From the NCBI GenBank assembly GCA_000091205.1, contig AP006502.2: 64,000 nucleotides of DNA, one strand, 5' to 3'. The stretch is from Cyanidioschyzon merolae (Eukaryota). The notes under the pieces are model-generated. The model was not told where the DNA came from and searched no databases. It saw nothing but the letters and a program-made list of their open reading frames with translations. Both the position numbers and the translations under genes were made by a program. Below are positions 11,570 to 23,400 of this stretch, piece after piece. The stretch's first letter is position 1, and each line of letters starts with the position of its first letter.

Positions 11570-13710
11570 CTCGTGGTGTCACTCACCTGCTGCGTGGTGC
11601 GTTCGCTCCAAACAACTGGGGCATCGATGAAGAGGATCCGCCAGAAGCGCAGACGGCTGTGCGCACCCGGCGACAACGACGCGTTTTGAGGCATTGAGGC
11701 ACCTGGCTGCGTCTGCGTCATACGTCTGGCTCGAAGCGTCGGTTCGATGCCGTTCAGTAAGGGGAAGCGCAGCACTATCGTTGGAATGTGGTTATTCTGG
11801 TTCCGAGCTACGATCCTGTGCCCCACAGAAAGAGGATCAATGGCCTCGTGCTCGGAGCTGCGGCATGGCGTATCCCGAATGCGTCAGGTTACAACGCATA
11901 GCATTGAGGTTCGTCGCGGAAAACATCGAGCAACTTTGCATCCAGTGCATAACAAGCCTCACCCGATACACTGGAATGTAGACTCGCGCAGAAGAAGCGG
12001 TAGCTCTGCGCTTCCGCTTTTATGAGTGAAGTTTCGAGCGGTGCTCGCGAATCAATGATCCACGGCTGCATGGGGGTGCGTATGTCGTGCGATGTTACGT
12101 TGGGAGTGTGACAGAAAGTCCAGACTTCTTTACCTGGTCCAGAAGGATAAGCCCGAATGCCAATATTCTGTGTTTCCCCACGCTACCGCGTTTTGTTCGG
12201 AGACAGCATCACAAAGCGAACGCCGATGCAGCAGCGGAGCCGCAGCGAGCGTCACGTTGAGCGCCCGAGCGTGCCGTTCTGCATGCGCTGCAACACGAGG
12301 CTCGCCTTCCCCAACTACAGCCGCCAAGAAACAGTTGATAGAACAGAGGAATCATCGGACGCGGAAAGCGCGCGGAACACCTAGTCCTAAATTCGTCTCA
12401 CGTGGATTTGACCCCCATTTGTCCAGCTGCAACCAGCTTGAGACGCTGTAACACCCTTAGGCGCCATTTCCGGACGAACAGATGAGTGCACGCCGCGTCC
12501 TACATAACTTCTTACTCTCTACATGCAGAGAGAAACTCGCGTCGAGCGGCCTGCTGAGCGTCACCAGCTACCTGTTGCTCGCCGAGGTTACCCACGAAAA
12601 CAGCTAGACACGAGTCCATATACGCATAGCGATCCTGAATCGTTGGCAACGGCAGTAAAAGTGGTGTCTTTGACCCCGATACGCGCCAGCTTCCGTGCGA
12701 CTGCACAAACGAATTCCGATCGTTTGACGGCCCGTTTCTTGATAAAAACTGAGGCAGCGGGCGACCGGTTGTAGCGTTCAATACTCGTATGACATCGCTC
12801 ATATCACACTGGTCTGTTTGATGACATCACTCGTCCTAAGCAAAATAGACGAGCTGATTGAATATTGTCTCATGACGCTGCTTTCAGGGAGGTTTCTAGA
12901 TGGCATCGATACCCCCTGAGGCACATCGCCGAACGCAGTCCCGTCATCAACCGTTGAGGTTCCACTGGGAACGCAGACGAATGCCGGACAGCTTGATCAT
13001 GACAACGGGCCTGTTAAGCATCAACTCGAGAAGATGCTCTCGCTGGCGAGCTGGAATTTTCCGAGCGAATAATCATCTAGCAATGGTTGTCGTGGAAGAT
13101 GAACATCTTTGCCTTTTTTGCTGGCTCGCTGTGAAGTGCGACCAAGCGTGTCGTCTAAATACACTGCGCACCTTCGAATCGTTCACCCCAAAAAAGCCCG
13201 CGGGCGCCAGACGAATAAGGAGCCGCATGGAAGGCGTAAGCGGTATCGACGCCGACACGATACCTTCAGCCGCTGTTCAGCACCTCAGCAAGGTGCCGCC
13301 CTGCCTCCTCTCGATATTGCTCCATAACTAAACTAGATTCCTGCAGGTCTTTATATAGAGCAGAAATCTGTACCATGTGATTTGTTCCAATAATCGCGCA
13401 GTCACGTTGCGGGCAATGGAGCGTAGCGGTCAACGTTCACATCGTCCGGTCCATTGGGAAAGCAGTTCGTGAACACGACGAACATGACACAATTCCGCAA
13501 CCGTTCGAAACACCAAGATATTTGTTTCCATGGAGGGTGAAGTACGCCTCGCTTAGGAGCGCTGCTCCGTTTCTCTCTTGCCAGATTCGGAATTTTCCGA
13601 ATACGCAAGGTTTCCGAATGCTTGTTGGTATCCGGCCAAGCGAAGCGCCCACCGCAGCTCGCAGACTCTCCAGCCTACATCGCTCATTAGAGCAAGGTAG
13701 CAGATTCTAT

Positions 13711-14256
13711 TTACTCGCTCACGACATCTTTCCCAGGACTCGACTCTTTATTGTTCGCTGGCTGCTCTAGGACGCGATCGTCCACGATGCGCACGCCCAT
13801 ACTCCGCGCCGTGCCAATAATACTTTTGCATAGCGCCTGAAGACTCACGGTGCGCAGGTTATCGTCCTTTTGCTTTATTCGAGCCAACTCGTAAACAGCG
13901 GTAAGTGGTACAGGTTGACCAACGAAAGAGCGCCCCGGTTGTGAGCTGCCCTTTTCGACGCCCGCCAGGCGTCGGAGAAAGAAAGAGACTGGTGGCTGTC
14001 GAGTTTCAAAGCTGAAACTTCGATCCGTATAAGCCGCAATCAAAGTAGGTATTGGTACGCCGTCTTCCAGGTTTGCTGTTGCCTGGTTGAACTCTTTGCA
14101 GAACTGCGCGATGTTGACACCAGCCTGTCCGAGTCGCGGGCCGACCGGCGGACCCGGAGCAGCCTTCCCGGCGGGCAAAAGCATTCGCATACGTTGTCGT
14201 AGCACTTTCGGGGCACTTGATAGTGCTGTTTTCGACTTGCTTCTTGCGCTGCTCAT
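13711..14256 (-). CDS. MRPL11: Bacterial-type ribosomal protein L11 (uL11m), organellar, with N-terminal presequence
   Basis: [29 protein letters not shown] and [13 protein letters not shown] match bacterial L11, not cytosolic uL11/RPL12. The first 25 aa are basic and S-rich, like a presequence. ATG confirmed. Confidence 0.8.
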   Translation of the reverse strand: MSSARSKSKTALSSAPKVLRQRMRMLLPAGKAAPGPPVGPRLGQAGVNIAQFCKEFNQATANLEDGVPIPTLIAAYTDRSFSFETRQPPVSFFLRRLAGVEKGSSQPGRSFVGQPVPLTAVYELARIKQKDDNLRTVSLQALCKSIIGTARSMGVRIVDDRVLEQPANNKESSPGKDVVSE

Positions 14257-14471
14257 TGACTAAACGTATCAGGAACTCGTCGTGGTTATTGCAACCGATA
14301 CAAATAGGGCGCTATTCCGGTGAAATCGCTGCATGCACGTCAACGATGTCGTGTCCGATTACTGCCATATATTCCCTAAATCACCCGCTTTCGCCTCAAC
14401 GCAGCAGACCTCGTCCCAATGACGCACACTATCCACCGACGATACACGTCGTACTTCTACAGACTGCAGCC
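14257..14471. promoter_or_regulatory. Putative bidirectional promoter between divergent uL11m (-) and proteasome alpha-7 (+) start codons
   Basis: Only 215 bp separates the two divergently oriented ATGs. Confidence 0.35.
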
Positions 14472-15320
14472 ATGTCGCGCTACGACCGCGCTATAACGGT
14501 TTTTTCTCCGGATGGTCACCTTTTCCAAGTAGAGTATGCACTTGAGGCCGTAAAAAAAGGTACTGCCGCGGTCGCAGTACGCAGCCCTGAGTCCGTGGTT
14601 TTCGCCGTTGAACGCAAAGCAACTGCGAAGCTACAGGACCCGCGAACGGTTCGCAAGATCGTGAAACTCGATCAACATCTTCTGATGACGTTTGCCGGCC
14701 TTACTGCTGATGCGCGTATACTCATCAACAGAGCTAGAATAGAGTGCCAATCGTATCGCCTGACTGTAGAGGACGCGCCCTCCGTGGAGTATATTGCAAA
14801 GTACGTGGCGCAGATTCAGCAGCGGTACACCCAGTCCGGAGGTGTTCGACCTTTCGGCATCTCAACGCTTATAGCTGGTTTTGACGAAGATGGACAACCA
14901 CGCTTATTTCAAACTGAACCTGCTGGTACTTACCTTGAGTGGAAGGCGGCAGCGATCGGCCGTAACGCTAAAGTCGTGTTGGAGAAGCTGGAGAAGCTCT
15001 ATCGCGAACCAACTGATACCGCGGCAAGTAGTGCTGCCACACCGCCGGAGCTGAACCCGGCGTCTGGTGACCCAATGGACGCGATTGTTGTGGATTCCGA
15101 GGCCGCAGCTCTGCGACTTGCGCTCTTATCTCTATTGGAAGTAGTCGAAAGCAGCAGCAAGAACATTGAGGTTGCCGTCGTTCGTAGGCGCGGCGACATC
15201 CACGTATTCTCTGATGAGCTCATCGCACAACACGTAACACAGATCGAAGAGGAAATCAAAGCTGCCGAGGAGTCAAAAAGTCAACGACCTGCGGAAGCGG
15301 ATGCAGACGGAATGCTGTGA
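14472..15320 (+). CDS. PSMA7: 20S proteasome alpha subunit type-7 (alpha4/Pre6)
   Basis: [30 protein letters not shown]...[55 protein letters not shown] is near-identical in pattern to PSMA7. The track ORF begins upstream at 14217, but the conserved MS(Y/R)DRAIT start is ATG 14472. Confidence 0.9.
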   Translation: MSRYDRAITVFSPDGHLFQVEYALEAVKKGTAAVAVRSPESVVFAVERKATAKLQDPRTVRKIVKLDQHLLMTFAGLTADARILINRARIECQSYRLTVEDAPSVEYIAKYVAQIQQRYTQSGGVRPFGISTLIAGFDEDGQPRLFQTEPAGTYLEWKAAAIGRNAKVVLEKLEKLYREPTDTAASSAATPPELNPASGDPMDAIVVDSEAAALRLALLSLLEVVESSSKNIEVAVVRRRGDIHVFSDELIAQHVTQIEEEIKAAEESKSQRPAEADADGML

Positions 15321-15846
15321 ACTGGGTGCAAACATCTACATGGTGTGCTCTCCCGCAAAGCAGCTACCGCCACGAGCGCGAAAGGCGCCCGCATCGCCAT
15401 CCATATCTGGTTTTGCCGCAAAATTCGGCATCGTCCATGGGGTTGTTCTTCTGCGGCGGATTCTGCACAAAAAAGGAGAAGGGGGTCTGTCATCCATTCG
15501 ACGGGTATACTGTTGGAACCAGGCCCCTGCATCACTGAAGAGGCGCCGTTCCCACAACAGGCCACGAATGGTATACTCGTTACAAACGCAGCGGCAGTGC
15601 AGGTACCGAAGGAAATCTTTGCCAGACATCGACGGGTTCCCCTGCTGCGTTTGATGCTGGAAAAGGCCGCAATAGGCATTCACGCGTGCATCCTTCACGC
15701 CGTCACCGACAAGTCCTGAGTGGACCCTCTGGGGACAGTGCTGGTCAGGTATCTGTTGTTACCAGAGTAAAAGCGACTCTGCAGGTCTACGCAGCTGTCG
15801 GGCATATGCGGTCGCACTAGCATGCTGGATGTGTCCCGAATGGTGG

Positions 15847-17175
15847 CTAGCGCTCTGAACTCGCCCAAGAGCGTGCATCGGTGTTCGCTGAAAATTTGCA
15901 TGCGGGTACTGTGGAGAAAAGTTCTTTCGCCACGGTCCAGTGTGGAATCTCGGCTGCATTGCGAATCAGACGCCGCACAAAACCTCCACCTACGCACTGG
16001 TCCTCGTCGTAGATTACAACCGCTTGACCTGGAGCAGTGACGGGCGCGCTTGCACTGCGACCTGGAACCAGAACGAGCAGCCGCTGTGGCGGCATCGCAG
16101 CGACGCGCACCCGCGGTTGTGCTCGATCATTGCTAGTTGCCAAAGAATCTGCTTCGAGGCGTCGAATAAGGCAGGAAAGCGGAGTCTGACGATACCACGC
16201 TTGAAACGAGAAACTTCGATGTAGCCAGCCAGCTGATTCTTTCAGATGCTGGTGTTCCATCCACGCGTTCCATAAATCGAAGGCTTCCACTTCGTAGCCC
16301 CAACAGGATAGAGCTGGATGAGAGCGTCCGGCGCAGACCGAGATGATGCCCCGCGCTGGGTCTTTGTCGCAAACATAAAAGGCCTGCGGGAGACCACCGA
16401 TACCCGCACGCTGACCGATCGTTCGATAAGAGGATACACGGCCCAGTGTTCGGCCTGTATCGATATCGACGGCCGGCCAGAAGTCACCAGGCGGAGCAAA
16501 TTCGTCCAAAATAGATGCTATAGATTTGTGGCGACCAATGAAGCAAATACCTCGACTTGAGGCTCGCGTTGCATTCGGCAGCCGTAGGTGACGAGCAAGC
16601 GCCCGTACCTCGTGTTTCTGCCAGTCCCCGAGAGGAAAGTGCAATTTCCGAAGAGCACTCGGATCAATACTTGCGAGAAAGTACGTCTGATCCTTGGCAC
16701 GATCCAAGGCACGGTATAATTGACCTCCAGTGCAGCGGGCATAGTGTCCAGTGGCGAGTATGTCCGCCCGTTTGGCGACAACATCGAGTAGCGCTCCGAA
16801 CTTTATATACCGATTGCAGGCCAAATCGGGATTAGGAGTCAGCCCTCGACGATACGCCTCTAACAGATGCGGTACGAAGACTGAATGCCAGTACTCCGCG
16901 CGTAAATCGATCTCCTGAAATTCATCCAGTCGCAGGAAATCCGCGACTCGTCGAGCGGCGAGCCGATCATCTCGATAGGTGCAGTCCTCGGCGTCGTCTC
17001 CGGTTCCCCATGAACGCATAAACACGCCTTTCACGCGATAGCCCGCTTGCTGCAAGAGCCAAGCACTTACAGCAGAGTCAACGCCGCCAGACAGCGCGAC
17101 GATCATGGACTTGCCACGTGCGTCCGTAGACGTACCCACGCGATTCTTCAGAAGATTTCCATGAAATCGTTGCAT
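15847..17175 (-). CDS. MNMA: tRNA-specific 2-thiouridylase MnmA/TrmU (mitochondrial MTU1-like)
   Basis: PP-loop SGGVDSAV, CNRYIKFGALLD, ATGHYAR, KDQTYFL, RGICFIG. Track start 17193 is TTG. The first ATG is at 17175. Confidence 0.85.
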   Translation of the reverse strand: MQRFHGNLLKNRVGTSTDARGKSMIVALSGGVDSAVSAWLLQQAGYRVKGVFMRSWGTGDDAEDCTYRDDRLAARRVADFLRLDEFQEIDLRAEYWHSVFVPHLLEAYRRGLTPNPDLACNRYIKFGALLDVVAKRADILATGHYARCTGGQLYRALDRAKDQTYFLASIDPSALRKLHFPLGDWQKHEVRALARHLRLPNATRASSRGICFIGRHKSIASILDEFAPPGDFWPAVDIDTGRTLGRVSSYRTIGQRAGIGGLPQAFYVCDKDPARGIISVCAGRSHPALSCWGYEVEAFDLWNAWMEHQHLKESAGWLHRSFSFQAWYRQTPLSCLIRRLEADSLATSNDRAQPRVRVAAMPPQRLLVLVPGRSASAPVTAPGQAVVIYDEDQCVGGGFVRRLIRNAAEIPHWTVAKELFSTVPACKFSANTDARSWASSER

Positions 17176-18180
17176 TTGCACCAGAACGACCAAAAATGCA
17201 ATGATGTGCTTTCCATCGAAGCTCTTGATCCGGAAAGTGCCTCCTCAGCGGCGGAGAGAGACACGCTGTGAAAGACAAGCGCGCTAACAACTCAAACGTG
17301 GCCCCTGGGCGAGCAGGCGCTGTCTGCCTCACACGCAGCAGCTGAGCTCTGAACACGGATTCGGGTGCTGGCAAGCGCTGTCCTGCCGTGGTAGTCAGCT
17401 TGTCGGCGAGCGACACTGGACAAGTAGCAAGCCACGAATATCTCTGTACGAGCAATCGTCGCACCGTCTAAGAGGATTTTGGATGCCAGGACCGTCCTCA
17501 GCAAGCACGCCTAGAGCGTTTCCTAGCACTGCGTGATACTTGCCCGATCGCGAGCGTGTTTACCGACGCCCTCCGTGCTGTAGAGAAACGGCTGTCTGTA
17601 CGCTCCAATTTTCAACACTGCACCATACAATATATCCAGCTGTCTTCACGCTCCCTTCTGTGTCGGTTTCTCGGAAGGCAGCGAGCGCCCGCGCAGCTCC
17701 AGACCTGTTAATGGTTCAGATGAAACTGTTCCAGCAGCGAACCTGCTCACCTTTCGAAATCCACGCTGATCGTACTTTTTCGCTATTCACACTGTTGCTG
17801 ACAGACCAACGACGACTTTATCCGCGGTTGTTAAAACCAGAGCGCAACCGTTCTGTTGCCATACAAGGGCAGTCTTACGACGTCTATGAGCGCCCCGCTT
17901 TACCGTACACATGCTACGATCGCGATTTCAGAAACGTCGCTGATCAGAAGAAAGCAACGGGCCAGCGCGCATGATGGAACGCTTAAACTTCCCATAACTA
18001 AACTAAACGGACATCCTACTGCCAGAGACGGCGCGCTCTAGCGGCGCGGCTGCGTGGACGACACGCACCCTCCGTACAAAGGCAATCGCGCTGACCTCAG
18101 CTGGATTCCGCTAGAACCAGCGAGCTCCAATACGAGTCGCCGGGATTTATTGCGTCTGATCCATATAACGTACACCTTCA

Positions 18181-19179
18181 ATGGCCTTCGTTTCCTCTTG
18201 GAAGGGTCTGCGCTTTGATGCGTCTGCGCCGACGACTTGGCGCCCTGCAGTGGCGACTGCGCACGCTCGAAAGCATGCATCGCTGCTGTCCCCGCGTGCA
18301 TGGAGCGTCTCGCGTTCGAGACGCTCTTTCGTCGTGTGTGCGGTCTCTGATCAGGCGTCTGGCGTGGGGCAGGTCGTTCCTCTCGTAGATTTGCGGGGGA
18401 AGCGAGCGCTCATCACAGGGATAGCGAACCAGCGCTCGATCGCGTACGGCATTGCGCAGCAGCTGCGGCGAGCGGGTGCCGAACTCGGTGTGACGTACCT
18501 GCCGGTTAATGAGCGGGCCGAAAGCAAAGTATCGAAACTAGTAGAGCCATTGGGGGCGAGTTTTCTGCATCCTTGCGACGTGCAGTCACGTTCCGACCTG
18601 GAAGGCCTCTTTGAAACAGTCAAGCAAAAGTGGGGCGGCCTCGATCTTCTCGTGCATTGTTTAGCGTTTGCGAACCGTGAAGATCTCGAAGGCAACTTTA
18701 GTGAGACATCTAGAAACGGGTTCAGTGTGGCACTCAGCGTAAGCACCTATTCATTGATCGAGATGTGTGGATTGGCGAAACCGCTCTTTCGCCCTGGAGG
18801 ATCGGTCGTGACCCTCAGTTATCTCGGCGCTGAGCGCGTTGTGCCGAACTACAACATCATGGGAGTCGCCAAGGCAGGTCTCGAATGTTCTGTCCGGTAC
18901 CTCGCTGCAGAGTTAGGCCCAGCCTGCGGCGTACGAGTGAATGGGATCTCGGCGGGACCCATTAGAACCCTTGCGTCGTCAGCCATAGGCGGAATCACGA
19001 CCATGATTCGCAATGTGGAGCAGAACGCACCGCTGCGCCGCACGGTCACCCAAGAAGAGGTAGGGAAAACAGCCGCATTCCTGCTCAGTGATGCGGCCTC
19101 GGGAATAACTGGCCAGATTCTATACGTCGATTCTGGGTATGTGATCATGGGATCACCGACTTTTGAGTCACCTGCGTAG
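18181..19179 (+). CDS. FABI: Enoyl-[acyl-carrier-protein] reductase (NADH) FabI with about 65-aa S/R/A-rich transit peptide (plastid type II FAS)
   Basis: GKRALITGIANQRSIAYGIA Rossmann motif and YNIMGVAKAGLE catalytic Y-x6-K. The C-terminus GQILYVDSGY is typical of FabI. The N-terminus MAFVSSWKGLRFDASAPTTWRPAVATAHARKHASLLSPRAWSVSRSRRSF has no hydrophobic signal peptide, consistent with a primary-plastid stromal transit peptide. Confidence 0.9.
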   Translation: MAFVSSWKGLRFDASAPTTWRPAVATAHARKHASLLSPRAWSVSRSRRSFVVCAVSDQASGVGQVVPLVDLRGKRALITGIANQRSIAYGIAQQLRRAGAELGVTYLPVNERAESKVSKLVEPLGASFLHPCDVQSRSDLEGLFETVKQKWGGLDLLVHCLAFANREDLEGNFSETSRNGFSVALSVSTYSLIEMCGLAKPLFRPGGSVVTLSYLGAERVVPNYNIMGVAKAGLECSVRYLAAELGPACGVRVNGISAGPIRTLASSAIGGITTMIRNVEQNAPLRRTVTQEEVGKTAAFLLSDAASGITGQILYVDSGYVIMGSPTFESPA

Positions 19180-19417
19180 GCTCCAGCTCGCGTGAAATGC
19201 TTCGCCATGAATGCTCCGCATATACCCATGGAAGCAGCGGCGTCTCGTGCACGAAAAGGAGCCAATGGATTTCCGCACAAGAGCAGACTCTAGCGAGCGG
19301 GTGCGTTGGGGTGCCTCGATACGCAACATGCTGTGCATTGAACGCACACCGCTAGGTGCCATAGACAGGGGTTCGGCTGGTACCCATAAATCATGCGGCT
19401 CCAAAAGCCCCAATCCT

Positions 19418-20416
19418 TCAGTGCTCTTTGACTTGATGCGGTGAGTGCTGTTCAAGCTGCCTGCCGACCCGAAGGAGGTCTTCAGCATCGATAAGCATTG
19501 CGATGGGAACGAGCTCCTCATGCACATGGAAACCAGAGTCGAGTGAGAGGCAAACCGCATCCGATGCATTTTCGTAAAGCATTTGATCAGCAACTGAGGG
19601 AAATGACCACTCCATCGCCGCTTCTCTATTGGAGCGACGTTGCTTGATTCGCAGCTGCCTCGGAGCATGAGTGGTCATCCGAGAGGCGCCTTGCCGCGAC
19701 TGTGCCGCGGAGGAAACGTCGGAAGCGCGTCTCTCTGCGAAACCGATATGCACGAATCGAGAGGCCGCTCGTTTGAAAAGCGGGTCCCCAGCCTGTGAAC
19801 CCGCCATCGCGCAGGCGTTTGCCTGGTCGTCGTGCACCACCCGCCACAACTGTGGCAAGAGCGCGATCGGAAAGTTTAAGCAGAGTGTCCCCCATACCAA
19901 CCAAGCCGTTTCTGTTTGAGGAAACCTGGTTCTCGGCAAAATGTCCGCATAGGTTGCATAGGGGATGCAGGCGATAACGGCCAGTGGAAAACCCTCTATC
20001 ATTACGACAGTGCTCACCTCCGGGTGCTGGATGAGCACTTGCGCCAACGCCTGAGCACTCCGACCGTACCACCGAAGCATTCTAGACACCTCTTCTTGGT
20101 ACGTGCCGGTGAGGGACTCGAAACTGACCGCGACGGTCAAGTGATCAACGAGTTCGTCTTCGGCGTCGTCGATGCTCGCCTTTGACTGACGACGACGTAC
20201 GTTTCGAGTTTTGGTAAGAGCGTCCTCTCGGTGCCATCGATAGCGACGAGCACGCTGCTCCAGAGTCGAGGCGCTGTGGTATACACGCCTCCGGCGACGG
20301 AGCCGACGCTGTAAGCTCCTCGAACGCATGAGCTCGACGCTGAACTCCTGGGGAACTGTGTACGGGGCAAGAACGCGAACCTGCTCCCTGCGCCACACGC
20401 CAGCAGTTCGCAGCAA
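19418..20416 (-). CDS. Hypothetical protein with central hydrophobic segments
   Basis: Complete ORF. Hydrophobic stretches VVMIEGFPLAVIACIPYATY and AWLVWGTLCLNFPIALLPQLW. Track start is TTG. No recognised domain. Confidence 0.35.
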   Translation of the reverse strand: MLRTAGVWRREQVRVLAPYTVPQEFSVELMRSRSLQRRLRRRRRVYHSASTLEQRARRYRWHREDALTKTRNVRRRQSKASIDDAEDELVDHLTVAVSFESLTGTYQEEVSRMLRWYGRSAQALAQVLIQHPEVSTVVMIEGFPLAVIACIPYATYADILPRTRFPQTETAWLVWGTLCLNFPIALLPQLWRVVHDDQANACAMAGSQAGDPLFKRAASRFVHIGFAERRASDVSSAAQSRQGASRMTTHAPRQLRIKQRRSNREAAMEWSFPSVADQMLYENASDAVCLSLDSGFHVHEELVPIAMLIDAEDLLRVGRQLEQHSPHQVKEH

Positions 20417-23400
20417 CAGGTGGCATGGTGTCTAGGTCATGGGGACTGGACTCTACCGCGGCTCGATCTAGACATTCCGCAACAGACTTGGAACTATGAA
20501 CGTGATGGGGTATAAGTTGAGCGATATGATCCATACAGAGAGCGGAGGAGTACGCGAAGCGCAGCCATTGCGTAACGGACGACTTGAATCGATCGATATG
20601 AGCGGGTAACTAATCAGAAATGCGATCGGAATACTGAGCGAGTGATGATTCGGGTGCGAGTATTCCCCCAATAGACTCCAACATGTTCATGTGATTGGGT
20701 AACTCGTCGGGGGTATGGTGCGAATAGAGAGCCAAAGAGTGCGAAAGTGTTTCTGGTGATGATTCCCCAATAGAAGCAGGAGCGTGGTAAACTTTGTGTC
20801 CTCGTAGCCAGACTCTTATGCCGAATGCTTGACATTTTTCGAGAAAGCTTCAGAGCAGCTACTGCTCATGCTCGCAACGCGATAATTTTCCTGCTCTGGA
20901 GCGAAGAGGAAACACTCGAGAGCTAATGCGATCACAAGGGAACTTGAGCATGCACCGCATACACTCGGATTGGATGGTGTTATAGACACAGCGTGCCGGC
21001 ATTGTACGCAGAGCAGCAAAATCCCGAATACCTGCACCAGCACGCACTTTTCGTTTCCGTTCGTTTCTCCGCGCAGGTATTCAAGAAAACGACTGTCTCC
21101 TGTAGAGTGGAGAACGTTTGCCAAAGTGCTTCATGCTTTCAGTGGTAGCGTGCAAGCATACTGGGCTCACTTCCACGAATTCGTCATGCTGCAGTAACCA
21201 GGTAGATGAATCGCGCTTCTCGTTGTCCTTGTTCTGAACGTGGCGTACTGAAAACAGATCCCGTTGAATTCTATCTACAGAAATGTCTCCTCGTGAGCAA
21301 AGCCCATTCCATTTTTTTCTGAGAAATTCTATAAAACAGGCCGGAGCATATGACGCTTCCATGTCGTTGATGCGAACGGTGATGACGAGAAGCGGACAGA
21401 CAGAGAAAAACAAACCTCTATGCGGGACCATCGCGTATTGAACAAGACGCATTCGATTACGCCATGAAAGAGGAACGCATGCTGTACCAGAGACAGGTTT
21501 TCGTGTTCCTCACTGAGACCTGTTTCGTGAGAAATCTTAGACCCGTGTATGGGTGAACAAAGAGCAGCAATCCGTTGTTCTTGAACGAGATACAAGCGAG
21601 CATGGTGGCAAAAAAAACTGCCCTGGTGGCGATTCAGTCGATTGGTCACGTACCAGTCGCCAGTCGGACAGAATCGTTGAACACTTCCTCCTTTGTCAAA
21701 TCATGCCGTGTCGTCCACTTCGAATATTCTCCTGTCCCGCTCTTAGACAGCGTCAGTTTCCTTCACTCAGAAACTATCACAGATCATGCAGTTGAGACTG
21801 CGGTTGAGCTCCTCTTCGATTTGGATTATTCTCCCTGGCTAGATCCATTCAAAGGCGTCTTTTCCGTTTGCAAACGCCATTTCTGCGCACGCCGATCACT
21901 AGAGGAGTCCTTTGCATCCGCAAAACCGAAAGATTCAGTAAGGCATGAAGAATCGCGTAACTTGTGAATCGAGAACATCGCTCCTAGTCACACTTGCCTT
22001 CACGCTCCTTGTCAAGCGACCCATCGGACGCGTTCCGTACGCAGGGCTGCTAATTATCCACGTTCTTCGGAATTTTTTCAATGAAATCTTCGCAGAGCAG
22101 CATATATGATGCTCGGGGCTGTGGACGCAAATCGGTTTGGTCGAAGGTTCATAGATTCACATACACGAACACGCTTCCAAGCATCCCTTGAAGCGCTGCC
22201 GCGCCGCCTCGGCGACGGAAACAAATGTAACCGTTCAGGTGCCAGAAAGCATCGAACCGAGCTCAATAGTCATACGCTGTTCAATGTCGTGCAATTCAGT
22301 CTGCACACCCTATAGGCGTTGCACACTTAGCTTACTAGATCAGATAAGTTGAGAATAGTGTGCGGAATTCCTGGGCTGTAACCGGAGGCAAATAATCAGC
22401 TATGGGCCGGAGAGTTCCCAGTGGTTGCCAGTTCGGATGCGACGTCACGATAAAGACGCGAGTTGTTTCAGATCGTCCAAGCTCACTAGCTGCCCTTGGC
22501 CTCGGACGGACGGGTGTCGTATCCAAACGATACGTGAAACTTGATGGCTCCTTGCGCTGCATCTTGCAGTACAAGGTTCTTATGAAAAGAGTCCTCCCGA
22601 TCAGAGCAGACTTCCTCCCAGAATCCGAGCGCCCTCACCCCCTCAAGCATCTGTTCTGTGTGTGGTCCCGGTATCTCAGCTCAAGGCCGATGATATCAGC
22701 GCAGAGAGTTGCGAACTCTATGAACTGATCATTGAGTTGCACCTGATCACTGCGATTGAAAATGTAGCACTGGGACAACTTTAGAAAAGATCATTGGTGG
22801 AGCTCGTTCCCGACTTCTCGTGTACAGGATGGCAATGAAAAGAAGTTTGCATGAACGATTGAGACCAACAGAATATCCATATGTATGCCTCTCGTGAGAA
22901 CTACGCCTCAGTCGAACAACGAGACTCATTTTCAATCCTTCACCATCGATGAAGGGCAAGACACTCCGGTGGCCGTGGATCCCACGTTGCGTGGCGTTAT
23001 AGCCATCGCCATGCCTTTCAATCAAGGGTGACGCAGCACAAATTTGAACGGAGTGCAGCTGAAGCTGAAAAACTTCCACAGAGCTCGTTGTCGTCCGGGG
23101 TCGGACATGTTGGACAGCAGGAGCCGACGAGCAAATGGAATCGCGGCGTCAGGATCCATCTCGATGCTCTGAGCATCGTGTCCTGCAGAGGAGCATGCTT
23201 AGTGCGCTTCATTCTGAGAGTCTATGCGCGTCGAAGTTGCTCACATGATCGAAACCTGGCAGGAATGCATGGTATTGCGCTGGAGTCGCCCAAAGCTTTG
23301 GGTTTACGAACACAGGAAATGAGTATTCTCAAAATTCTTCTATGATTTCGAAAGGGAAATTACAGAAAGTTCACTTCGGTTGGTGGCAGCCGCTGACGCG

